A DNA stretch of 64,000 nt, from positions 382-64,381 of the forward strand of contig CAJMLT010000003.1 in NCBI GenBank assembly GCA_905214325.1, in the 5' to 3' direction. Numbering within the stretch: position 1 is the stretch's first letter; every line of letters begins with the position of its first letter. Shown one piece after another: positions 27,137-37,144 of the stretch. The position numbers and the translations under genes are program-made. The DNA is from an uncultured bacterium. Lineage in GTDB: Bacteria > Actinomycetota > Coriobacteriia > Coriobacteriales > Eggerthellaceae. The notes below the pieces were generated by a model. It saw nothing but the letters and a program-made list of their open reading frames with translations, was not told the DNA's origin and made no database searches.

Positions 27137-29056
27137 TTAAAGAGCGGCCTCGCGAATCACTTCGAGAAGTTGATCCACGCTCCAAAAACCAAGGTCTCCC
27201 TCATGGCGTTCACGCACCGAGACGCCACCCTGCTCAAGCTCCTTGTCGCCGACGATGCCCATATAGGGAATCTTGTCCGCTTGAGCCTTCGCGATCTTGA
27301 CGCGCATGGGTTCATTCTGCTCATACACTTCGACACGACCACCCGCTGCGGTGATGAGACGGGCTAGGCGTTTGCACTCTTCGATATGACGATCGGCCAA
27401 GGGTAGCAAAACCACCTGCACCGGAGAGAGCCATAGAGGCAAAGAACCCGCATAGTGTTCGATCAGAATACCGAAGAAGCGCTCGATCGAACCGAAGATG
27501 GCACGATGGAGCATCCAGGGTTGCTCCTCGGTGTTTTCGGCCGTGCGATAGGTGAGATTGAAGCGCTCGGGGAAATTGAAGTCGACCTGAACGGTGGAAC
27601 ACTGCCACATACGACCGATGGCATCCTTGACCTTGATGTCGATCTTGGGGCCATAGAAAGCGCCGTCCCCTTCGTTGATTTCGTAATCGAGATCACGGAT
27701 CTTGCAAGCCGCCTTCAAAGCATTGGTCGCATGATCCCACATGTCATCGGTACCGATACTCTTGACCGGACGCGTTGATATCTCGGCCATGTATTCGAAT
27801 CCGAAGGTCGTCATGATATGGTCGACCAGATCAAGAATGGCCACCACCTCTTCGACGACCTGATCGCGCGTGCAGAATACGTGGGCATCATCTTGCGTGA
27901 ATCCACGAGCACGTAAAAGGCCGTGGACAACGCCGCTCATCTCATGACGATAGACCGTACCGAACTCGAACAAACGCAAGGGAAGATCACGATAGGAGCG
28001 GATCTCGTTGCGATAGAGCATGACGTGACCCGGACAATTCATGGGTTTCACGCCGTATTCGCTCAAACGGGGGTTTTCATCGCTGCCCTCGTTGATATTG
28101 AAGAAGTACATATTCTCTTTGTAGAAGTCATAATGTCCGGACGTCTTCCACACATCGGCCTTATAGATATGCGGCGTGATGACTTCTTCGTATCCACGGG
28201 CATAGAGATCGCGGCGCAGCCACTCCTGAAGCAAGCGGATGACGCGGGCACCCTTGGGCGGATAGAGAGGCAGACCGACGCCGGCGGCATCATCGAGCAT
28301 GAACAGGTTGAGCTCACGACCGAGCTTGCGGTGGTCACGCTTTTCCGCTTCCTCGAGATTATGCAGATGGGCTTCGAGGTCCTTTTTCTTGAAGAAGGCT
28401 GTGCCGTAGATACGCTGAAGCATTTCACGGTCGGAATCCCCCTTCCAATAAGCACCGGCCACTTTCATGAGCTTGAAGGCACCGATCTTACCCGCCGAAG
28501 CGACATGGGGACCGCTGCACAGATCGACGAAATCGCCATGACGGCGGATGATGATCTCCGCTTCCGGAGCAAGTTCCCGAATGTGTTCGAGCTTGAAGCG
28601 TTGATCGGCGAATATCGCCTCCGCTTCCTCTCGCGTGACAACTTCACGGATGAAAGGCTCATCGGCCTTGATGATGTCGGCCATCTTGGCTTCGATCAGA
28701 GGGAAATCGTCCGTCGAAAGAGAGCGGGACAGCTCGAAATCATAGAAGAATCCATCTTCGGTCTGAGGGCCGAAGGCGATTTGAGCCCCGGGAAAGAGAA
28801 TCTGTATTGCCTCGGCCATGACATGAGCTGCCGAATGGCGCATGATACCGAGCGCCTCAGGCGATCGATCGGTAATGATCTCAACGAGGGCGCCATCGTG
28901 AACCGGGGAGTCGAGATCGGCGAAGGAGCCGTCGATTTTACCTGCAAGCGCCGCTTTGGCGAGACCGGATCCGATAGAGGCGGCCACATCCCCGACCGTA
29001 GCCGGCTGATCGAGCGTTTTCTTAGAACCATCGGGCAAGATGATTTCCATATCCAT
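27137..29056 (-). CDS. thrS: threonine--tRNA ligase
   Basis: TGS-like N-terminus (EIILPDGSKK), second additional domain and class II core (FRDLPLR..., HRAIFGSIERF). The start is likely ATG 29056 or 29050 (GGAAAGGA upstream). The listed start 29092 is a GTG without an RBS. Confidence 0.95.
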   Translation of the reverse strand: MDMEIILPDGSKKTLDQPATVGDVAASIGSGLAKAALAGKIDGSFADLDSPVHDGALVEIITDRSPEALGIMRHSAAHVMAEAIQILFPGAQIAFGPQTEDGFFYDFELSRSLSTDDFPLIEAKMADIIKADEPFIREVVTREEAEAIFADQRFKLEHIRELAPEAEIIIRRHGDFVDLCSGPHVASAGKIGAFKLMKVAGAYWKGDSDREMLQRIYGTAFFKKKDLEAHLHNLEEAEKRDHRKLGRELNLFMLDDAAGVGLPLYPPKGARVIRLLQEWLRRDLYARGYEEVITPHIYKADVWKTSGHYDFYKENMYFFNINEGSDENPRLSEYGVKPMNCPGHVMLYRNEIRSYRDLPLRLFEFGTVYRHEMSGVVHGLLRARGFTQDDAHVFCTRDQVVEEVVAILDLVDHIMTTFGFEYMAEISTRPVKSIGTDDMWDHATNALKAACKIRDLDYEINEGDGAFYGPKIDIKVKDAIGRMWQCSTVQVDFNFPERFNLTYRTAENTEEQPWMLHRAIFGSIERFFGILIEHYAGSLPLWLSPVQVVLLPLADRHIEECKRLARLITAAGGRVEVYEQNEPMRVKIAKAQADKIPYMGIVGDKELEQGGVSVRERHEGDLGFWSVDQLLEVIREAAL

Positions 29057-29104
29057 TCCTTTCCGTGCCGGGTGCGCACAAAGCACCTGCACATCCTTAT
29101 AATG

Positions 29105-29125
29105 AAGCCGCCCTGACGGCGGCTT
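29105..29125 (-). terminator. GC hairpin between the zinc-ribbon membrane protein gene and thrS
   Basis: 8-bp stem AAGCCGCC/GGCGGCTT with loop CTGAC and no U-tract. Confidence 0.35.
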
Positions 29126-29205
29126 TCAAAACCATGGTATCAGGAGAAAAGACGACTACACCCTCCAAGCGGGAATAAGACGATATCAACAGGAGAAAAA
29201 ACCTG

Positions 29206-29790
29206 CTATTCGGCCATACCCGTCGTCGTATCCGACTGATCGGCACGTGCCGAAGCGGGACGCTGACGAAGGCCGTCGGCGGTCATGTCGGCGCGATGCG
29301 GCATACCGGAACGAGCCTGAGCCGTAGGAGCCTGACGATGAGCACGCGAAGAAACGCCCTGACCTCCGATGGGAGTCGTGCAGTACGGACAAACCGACCA
29401 ACTGGGACTGAGCGCGTGATGGCATGTGGGGCAAAGATTTTTCAGGCGCTGATGGCAATTGGGACACATCACGTAATCGGATTCGACGGGATAACCACAA
29501 TTGGCACATTCGCCGTACTTCATCAGCTCGCGCTGTTTGAGGGCGACCTCGAGTTCCTGTTCATCTCTATCGATCTGCAGCAGAGGGGGACGCAGAAGGC
29601 AATACGCGATGACGCCGACGATGGGAATCAGTGCAACCAAGCCCCATACATACCACGTGACACCGCGATGATACGCATCACGGATAACCCAGATAACCGA
29701 AAGCACATAGAGCGCCAAAAGCATGATGACGAGAACAACGAACAGAATTTGGAGTTCCGGCACCCACAATTGCGACAACAACTCAGACAT
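29206..29790 (-). CDS. membrane protein with two N-terminal TM helices (PLD-N-like) and a cytoplasmic double zinc-ribbon
   Basis: Two hydrophobic helices (ILFVVLVIMLLALYVLSVIWVI, WGLVALIPIVGVIAYCLL), then CANCGYPV..CPNCH..CPTCH..CPYC. The start is set at ATG 29790 with AAGAGGA upstream. Confidence 0.7.
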   Translation of the reverse strand: MSELLSQLWVPELQILFVVLVIMLLALYVLSVIWVIRDAYHRGVTWYVWGLVALIPIVGVIAYCLLRPPLLQIDRDEQELEVALKQRELMKYGECANCGYPVESDYVMCPNCHQRLKNLCPTCHHALSPSWSVCPYCTTPIGGQGVSSRAHRQAPTAQARSGMPHRADMTADGLRQRPASARADQSDTTTGMAE

Positions 29791-29877
29791 GATTTCCTCT
29801 TTCTCGCACACGGAACTCCGTATGCACCATGGTCGTTGTATATTATTCTAACAAAGAAACTCTACTAACTCGAATCT

Positions 29878-32535
29878 CTAACCCATTTCGGCAAGCTGGG
29901 TTTCGAGTCGTTGATATCGCTCGGTCAGATCGGCAAGCTTCGCCTTATCCTTCTCTATGATTTCCGGCGCCGCTTTCGAAAGGAATCCGGGATTGGAAAG
30001 CTTCTTTTCGAACTTTGCCCGGTCTTTATCCAACGTGGCCATCTCCTTTTCCAAGCGGGTACGTTCCGCCTGAAAATCAACGAGACCCGTCAAGATGACG
30101 AACACCTCGGCACCTTCGGCGAGACACAACGTCGAATCGGTGGGCTTGGCGGCCTCAACACTCATATCGAGTACCGAAACATTGGCAAGGGCCTTGAAGA
30201 GCTCGACCTGTTCTTCGAACAGAACAAGGCTCTCCCGACCATCGGGCTTGACGACGACATCGAGGGTCACACGAGGAGAGATGCCGTAACGGGCCCGCGT
30301 GGATCGGATACCCGAAACCGCCTGAGTCACCATGGCAAGCGCCCGTTCCGCATCCTTGTCTATGTAGACGGCAAGGTCGCGGGCATCGGGCCAGGAGGCC
30401 ATCATGAGAGAAGGTGTTTGCTTCTCGCCGGGAAGTTCTCGGTATATCTGCTCGGTGACGAAAGGCATGATGGGATGAAGGAGGCGCAACGCCGTATCGA
30501 GAACGAAAAGAAGGTTACGCTGACAGACGAGACGATCCTCCCCTCCCGCATTGAGACGGGGCTTCGAAAGTTCGATATACCAGTCGCAGAATTCATTCCA
30601 GAAGAACGCATAGAGCTCACGGGTTATCTCACCGAACTCGAAGTCCTTGTAAGCCTTGTCGAGCGAAGCCACCAGTGAGGCCAGGCGTGAGAACATCCAG
30701 CGATCCGCCGGGGTCGAAGGGTTCGGCGTACCGGGACGGTAGTCCTCCAGATTCATCATGACAAAGCGAGCGGCATTGCGGATCTTGTTGGAGAAATTAC
30801 GACTACTTTCCAATTTACTCTCGTTGAAACGCATATCCTGAGCGCCGGTCACCTGCATGAGCAGACCGAACCGCATGCCATCGGCGCCGTAGTCCTCCAT
30901 GAGCTTGAGCGGATCGACACCGTTGCCGCGACTCTTCGACATGGGCTTACCGTCGGCGGCCATGACCGTCGGATGGATAATGACATCCCGGAAGGGAATT
31001 TCATCGGTGAAATACAGCGAGGACATCACCATACGGGCAACCCAGAGGCCCATGATGTCACGAGCCGTGGAGAGGACCTGAGTGGGATAGACTTCTTCGA
31101 GCGCGGAAGCGTCATCGGGCCATCCCTGCGTGGCGAAGGGCCATAGCTGGGAAGAGAACCAGGTATCCAGAACATCTTCATCCTGACGAACCGGAGCACC
31201 ACAGACGGGACAGGTCTCAACATCTTCGAGGCAGGCATCCTCCCACCCGCACGTATCACAATAGAACATCGGGATACGGTGTCCCCACCAAAGCTGACGG
31301 GAAATGCACCAATCCTTCAGGTTTTCCATCCAATCGAGATAGACCTGCTTCCATCGGTCGGGATGAAAACGGATTTCATCCTGTTCCACGACGCGGGCCG
31401 CATCCTTCTTGAGGCGATCGACGGCGACGAACCACTGCTCGGAAAGCCACGGTTCGAGTTTGGTGTGACAGCGATAGCAGGTCATAACCGAATGGTCGTG
31501 GTCTTCGACATGATCGAGAAGACCCAACGCCTCGAGTTCGGCAACCACCGCCTCCCGCGCCTCATCGCGCGTCATGCCGCTGAACTTGCCGTAGCCTTCC
31601 ACGACGACGGCATGCTCGTCGAAGATATTCACCTGTTCGAGGTCGTTGCGCTGGCCCATGACATAGTCGTTGGGGTCGTGCGCGGGGGTCGTCTTCACGC
31701 ATCCGGTACCGAATTCCGAGTCGACGTAGTAGTCGGCGAAGATGGGAATCTCGCGCCCGACGATGGGGAGCGTGACCTTCTTGCCCACCAAGTGCTTATA
31801 ACGATCGTCTTTCGGACTCACCGCGACACCGGTGTCTCCTAGCATGGTTTCCGGACGTGTCGTCGCGACGACGAGGTATTCAAGGCCATCGACCGGTTCG
31901 GTGAGGGGATAGCGCAGATACCACAGATGACCCGACTCATCAACGTATTCCGCCTCATCGTCGGCGATCGCGGTGGTACAGGAGGGACACCAATTGACGA
32001 TACGCTTTCCCCGATAGATCAAATCGTCATGATACCAATCGCAAAACACCTTACGCACCGCATGGGCGTATTCTTCCGAAAGCGTGAACTTCTCATCGTC
32101 GTAATCGCACGAGCACCCCATCGCCTTGATCTGATTGACGATGGTGGTACCGTACTCTTCGCGCCATTCATAGCAGGCTTCGAGAAAGGCCTCTCGGCCG
32201 ATCTCGAGACGGGAAATACCCTCGTCGGCAAGCTTCTTGTCAACCTTGGTCTGCGTGGATATCCCGGCGTGATCCGTTCCGAGAATCCAACGCGTACGAT
32301 AACCCTGCATGCGGGCGCGACGGATACAAGTGTCCTGAATCGTATCGTTCAAGGCGTGACCCATGTGAAGGACGCCCGTCACATTGGGGGGCGGAATGAC
32401 GATGGTATAAGCCGAAGTGGCCTTTTCGCCGAAACCGGGAGTGCGCGTGAAGTAACCCTGCTCCTTCCATGCGTTGAAGAGAGGAGTTTCCCATTCGCTA
32501 TAGGCCTGACGTTCTTTCTTCTTGTCGGATGCCAT
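29878..32535 (-). CDS. valS: valine--tRNA ligase
   Basis: 885 aa with the HIGH motif (LHMGHALN), KMSKS (GKPMSKSRGN) and a C-terminal coiled coil. Confidence 0.97.
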   Translation of the reverse strand: MASDKKKERQAYSEWETPLFNAWKEQGYFTRTPGFGEKATSAYTIVIPPPNVTGVLHMGHALNDTIQDTCIRRARMQGYRTRWILGTDHAGISTQTKVDKKLADEGISRLEIGREAFLEACYEWREEYGTTIVNQIKAMGCSCDYDDEKFTLSEEYAHAVRKVFCDWYHDDLIYRGKRIVNWCPSCTTAIADDEAEYVDESGHLWYLRYPLTEPVDGLEYLVVATTRPETMLGDTGVAVSPKDDRYKHLVGKKVTLPIVGREIPIFADYYVDSEFGTGCVKTTPAHDPNDYVMGQRNDLEQVNIFDEHAVVVEGYGKFSGMTRDEAREAVVAELEALGLLDHVEDHDHSVMTCYRCHTKLEPWLSEQWFVAVDRLKKDAARVVEQDEIRFHPDRWKQVYLDWMENLKDWCISRQLWWGHRIPMFYCDTCGWEDACLEDVETCPVCGAPVRQDEDVLDTWFSSQLWPFATQGWPDDASALEEVYPTQVLSTARDIMGLWVARMVMSSLYFTDEIPFRDVIIHPTVMAADGKPMSKSRGNGVDPLKLMEDYGADGMRFGLLMQVTGAQDMRFNESKLESSRNFSNKIRNAARFVMMNLEDYRPGTPNPSTPADRWMFSRLASLVASLDKAYKDFEFGEITRELYAFFWNEFCDWYIELSKPRLNAGGEDRLVCQRNLLFVLDTALRLLHPIMPFVTEQIYRELPGEKQTPSLMMASWPDARDLAVYIDKDAERALAMVTQAVSGIRSTRARYGISPRVTLDVVVKPDGRESLVLFEEQVELFKALANVSVLDMSVEAAKPTDSTLCLAEGAEVFVILTGLVDFQAERTRLEKEMATLDKDRAKFEKKLSNPGFLSKAAPEIIEKDKAKLADLTERYQRLETQLAEMG

Positions 32536-32619
32536 GCTCGCCTTCCTTTTTTATCACGTGGTCTTCAAGCTGAAAGTGCCCCTTCGTTTCAAGGGACACT
32601 TTCTAACAGGTATGTATGG

Positions 32620-33990
<1,371 letters not shown>

Positions 33991-33995
33991 ACGTC

Positions 33996-34619
33996 CTACG
34001 CCTTTTCGTCGGTCGCGAAACGGGAGGTGACAACCTTGTCGACAAGGCCATAGGCACACGCATCATCGGCGCTCATGAAATTGTCGCGTTCGGTGTCGGC
34101 GTTGATCTTCTCCAAAGGCTGCCCGGTACGCTCGGCCAGAATCTTATTGAGCTTCTCACGGCAATAAGCGATTTCCCGCGCGGCGATTTCGATCTCGGTC
34201 TGCTGCCCTTGAGCTCCCCCGGAGGGCTGGTGGATCATGACGCGGGAGTTGGGCAGAGCAGAACGCTTACCGGGAGTGCCGCAAGCCAAAAGGACGGCGG
34301 CCATGGAAGCCGCCTGCCCCAAGCAGATCGTGGCAACGTCACATTTGATGTAGTTCATCGTATCGAAGATAGCCAGACCGGCGGTGATGACGCCTCCGGG
34401 CGAATTGATATAGAGGGAGATATCTTTATCGGGGTCGGCCGACTCGAGGTGAATCAGCTGAGCCACGACCGTATTGGCGACGGCATCATCGATGGCCTCA
34501 CCCAGAAAAACGATACGCTCGTTGAGCAAACGGGAATAGATATCGTAACTGCGCTCCCCACGGGGAGACTGCTCGACAACGTAGGGGATAAGTGCGGATT
34601 GACCGGGATTATAGAACAT
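33996..34619 (-). CDS. clpP: ATP-dependent Clp protease proteolytic subunit
   Basis: Motifs [26 protein letters not shown] (active Ser), MIHQP. The start is set at ATG 34619 with GAGG 5 nt upstream. The listed GTG 34658 lacks an RBS. Confidence 0.95.
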   Translation of the reverse strand: MFYNPGQSALIPYVVEQSPRGERSYDIYSRLLNERIVFLGEAIDDAVANTVVAQLIHLESADPDKDISLYINSPGGVITAGLAIFDTMNYIKCDVATICLGQAASMAAVLLACGTPGKRSALPNSRVMIHQPSGGAQGQQTEIEIAAREIAYCREKLNKILAERTGQPLEKINADTERDNFMSADDACAYGLVDKVVTSRFATDEKA

Positions 34620-34676
34620 GATTACCTCACTTCTTTCGCTCGACTCGCTGACTGACACGCATCACCGAATCGATGA

Positions 34677-36062
34677 TTATTCCTCTTCGGCCTTTTCAGC
34701 CTTTTTGACGGCCTTTTTGGCAGCAGGTTTCTTTTCTTCCTTCTTCTGAGCGGCAACCTCGGTGACCTTGGCCTTTTCGACAACGTCAAGCATGGCGTTG
34801 GTCCTCAAGACGCCCTCGCGAATAAGGGGAATGCGACCACTTTCACGCCACTCGGCTTCAACGGCGATGGGATCGTCGACGTCAGCCTTGGCGAATTCGG
34901 CGGAAATCTCCTCGTCCGTTGCCGTAAGACCATAATGACGGGCCCAAGCATCGAGAGCGAGATCCTGTCGGACCAGGTCGGCAGCTTGTTTCTTCATGTC
35001 TTCCTTGAACTGCTCAGGGGTCATCTCCATCGAGGAGAGATACTGATCGAAGGAAAGATTGGACTGGGAGAGCTGACGATAGAAGGACTGGAGCAGATTC
35101 GCTTCCTCCAGCTCACACATACCCTCGGGCAAATCACCCTCGATACGCTGCGAAACAGCATAGAGACATTCACTTTCCTTACGACGGGGCATGCTGGTTT
35201 CCTTCTGCTCCTTGACGCTCGAAGCGATTTTCTCACGCATGTCGGCGAGACTTTCGAAGCCGAAGGTCTCGATGGCCCACTCCTCGTTGACTTCGGGAAG
35301 AATCTTACGCTTGATGACGTCGAGCGTAAGATCGAAGTGGTACTTGCCCTTCTCATCACCGAGCGTCATGGCGATCATGGACGTATCGTCGGACAGATCG
35401 AGATCGAAGCTTTTCTGCTCGCCCTTCTTCATACCGATGAGTTCGGCGTCGAAGGATTCGGGGAACAGGTTCGCACCCAATTCATAAAGCCGATTCTCGG
35501 CACACAGAGCGGTGACTTCCTTACCCTTCTCGTCGGTGACCTTCATGGTGAACTCGACGAACTCCTTGGGCTTCACCTTGGTGTTTGCAGGAGCGTCTTT
35601 GAAATCATGGTAGTAGTTACGCAACTCCTCGATCTGAGCCTCGATTTCGTCATCGGTGGCGTCCGTGGTGGGGATTTCCACCTCGACGGGCTCGTAGCTG
35701 GTCAGCTCGTAGGAAGGCTTAACCTGAATGGTGGCGGTGAACTTGAAGTCCTTACCTTCTTCCACCATATCGGTCTCATACTCGTATTCAGCCTTAAAAA
35801 GAGGTACGAGATTGTTCTCGTCGAGGGCTTTGGGGTAAACGTCGTTGACAAGGTCTTCGGTGACCGTGGCCTTCACCGCGTCGGCACCCAACATATTGTC
35901 GATGACGGGACGGGGAGCTTTCCCAGGACGAAAACCAGGAAAGTTATACCTTTTTGCGAAATCCTTGTACGTGCGCTTGATGCGAGAATCGACATCGGCG
36001 GCTTCGATTTCAAAAGCAATCTTAACCTGATTGTCTTTCAGAGTCTCAACTTTGGTGTTCAC
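34677..36062 (-). CDS. tig: trigger factor
   Basis: Ribosome-binding motif GFRPGKAPR and an acidic/Lys-rich tail. The start is set at GTG 36062 with GAAGGAG 8 nt upstream. The listed longer ORF would run into the tRNA gene. Confidence 0.92.
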   Translation of the reverse strand: MNTKVETLKDNQVKIAFEIEAADVDSRIKRTYKDFAKRYNFPGFRPGKAPRPVIDNMLGADAVKATVTEDLVNDVYPKALDENNLVPLFKAEYEYETDMVEEGKDFKFTATIQVKPSYELTSYEPVEVEIPTTDATDDEIEAQIEELRNYYHDFKDAPANTKVKPKEFVEFTMKVTDEKGKEVTALCAENRLYELGANLFPESFDAELIGMKKGEQKSFDLDLSDDTSMIAMTLGDEKGKYHFDLTLDVIKRKILPEVNEEWAIETFGFESLADMREKIASSVKEQKETSMPRRKESECLYAVSQRIEGDLPEGMCELEEANLLQSFYRQLSQSNLSFDQYLSSMEMTPEQFKEDMKKQAADLVRQDLALDAWARHYGLTATDEEISAEFAKADVDDPIAVEAEWRESGRIPLIREGVLRTNAMLDVVEKAKVTEVAAQKKEEKKPAAKKAVKKAEKAEEE

Positions 36063-36100
36063 GAAATCTACTCCTTCTGGGATACAACGTATAGCCGAAA

Positions 36101-36186
36101 TGGTGCGGGTGAAAGGACTTGAACCTTCACGGGGGTTGCCCACCAGAACCTAAACCTGGCGCGTCTGCCAATTCCGCCACACCCGC
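36101..36186 (-). tRNA. tRNA-Leu (anticodon UAG), class II with long variable arm, CCA encoded
   Basis: Folded by eye. The acceptor is GCGGGTG/CACCCGC. The anticodon stem is CCAGG/TCTGG with loop TT-TAG-GT. The variable arm is long. The T arm is GAAGG-TTCAAGT-CCTTT. The discriminator is A, followed by CCA. Confidence 0.9.
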
Positions 36187-36227
36187 TTTTCATTCGGATC
36201 ATCGTCAGCTGCGACGACAACCTCGTA

Positions 36228-36236
36228 ATGATAACA
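36228..36236 (-). promoter_or_regulatory. extended -10 promoter candidate for tRNA-Leu (and possibly tig): TGTTATCAT
   Basis: The minus strand reads TGT-TATCAT about 42 nt upstream of the tRNA 5' end, right after the upstream hairpin. Confidence 0.3.
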
Positions 36237-36247
36237 AATAGGCCTAG

Positions 36248-36280
36248 CGTTGTGCTTAACAATGTGAGAAAAGCACAACG
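36248..36280 (-). terminator. hairpin terminator candidate after the membrane-anchored hypothetical gene
   Basis: Perfect 10-bp stem CGTTGTGCTT/AAGCACAACG with a 13-nt loop. The trailing sequence is moderately T-rich. Confidence 0.45.
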
Positions 36281-36314
36281 GTGCAAGCCGAAACAACGAT
36301 GGGCGGAAAAAATG

Positions 36315-37100
36315 TCAGAGAGTGGATACGTCCTTAGCGCTGATAACCTTGCTCGGGGAGACCAGAATGGTACCCACTTCACTTGTCAACGCAGCATCGT
36401 TGTAGAAGACATCATCAACAGTGACCCCCATGGGGAAAAGACCCTCATCTTTGGTGGATATGACGATATCCACTTCGGAACAACACTTCTCGACGAGAGC
36501 AAGATCGCTCGCGACCATGATGATGAAGTCGACCTTGGCGTTTTTGTACTCACCCACGCGTTGTGCGGCATACTCCCTCGTCGCGTTCGTCTCGTCGAGC
36601 GAGAAAACACCGAACGAGTATTTACCGGCACGGATGACCGTACGGTTTTTGTAGACTTCGGGATGAGCGACATCAAGCACGAATACCGATGCGTCCTTTT
36701 CGACGTAGGAGCGTTTCAAGGAATCGACCGTCAATTTCGCCGCTACATCCGTCTCCTCCTGCGGGACCGCTTCCGAGGCGGTCAACTCGTCCCCTTCGGG
36801 AGTCTGCCCGGTCGTTCCCTCCTCGCGAGCCTTCTCGTTGAGCTCGGTAGCGGAGGCGTCGGCCCCGGACGATGGCGACGAAGTCGAAGCGTCTTTTTTC
36901 TGAGTGACGACACCTTCATAGAGAATGGCCGTGTAATCATTCATCTGCCCGGTGGCGTCGTCGATATTGCTTGCCGCCACATTCCACGAATGACCGATCG
37001 AAGCAATATAGAAACCGAGGGCTCCCAAACCGACGACGATGAGGAGCGCGAAGAAGGCAAGCGCTGTTTTTTCTCTTGAAAGACGTTTCATAGCCACCAT
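36315..37100 (-). CDS. membrane-anchored hypothetical protein (N-terminal TM helix, acidic/Ser-Thr linker, C-terminal alpha/beta-looking domain)
   Basis: 261-aa ORF with a TM segment ALAFFALLIVVGLGALGFYIA. I recognise no family. Coding-like codon usage matches the neighbours. Confidence 0.6.
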   Translation of the reverse strand: MVAMKRLSREKTALAFFALLIVVGLGALGFYIASIGHSWNVAASNIDDATGQMNDYTAILYEGVVTQKKDASTSSPSSGADASATELNEKAREEGTTGQTPEGDELTASEAVPQEETDVAAKLTVDSLKRSYVEKDASVFVLDVAHPEVYKNRTVIRAGKYSFGVFSLDETNATREYAAQRVGEYKNAKVDFIIMVASDLALVEKCCSEVDIVISTKDEGLFPMGVTVDDVFYNDAALTSEVGTILVSPSKVISAKDVSTL

Positions 37101-37144
37101 ATTCTAGTGGGAACCTCGCTGACGATACCCCACGAATCGACGAA

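Noticed and set aside
29093-29205. Possible T-box leaders upstream of thrS (29093..29205) and valS (32536..32619)
   Set aside because: The spacers are only about 110 and 84 nt. They lack AGAGA/GGUGNRA and T-box core motifs. The thrS spacer holds just one GC hairpin that looks like the upstream gene's terminator.
36068-36382. 104-aa ORF, and the N-terminal extension of the listed tig ORF (to 36143)
   Set aside because: Both overlap the tRNA-Leu gene (36101..36186). tig has a good GTG start with GAAGGAG at 36062.
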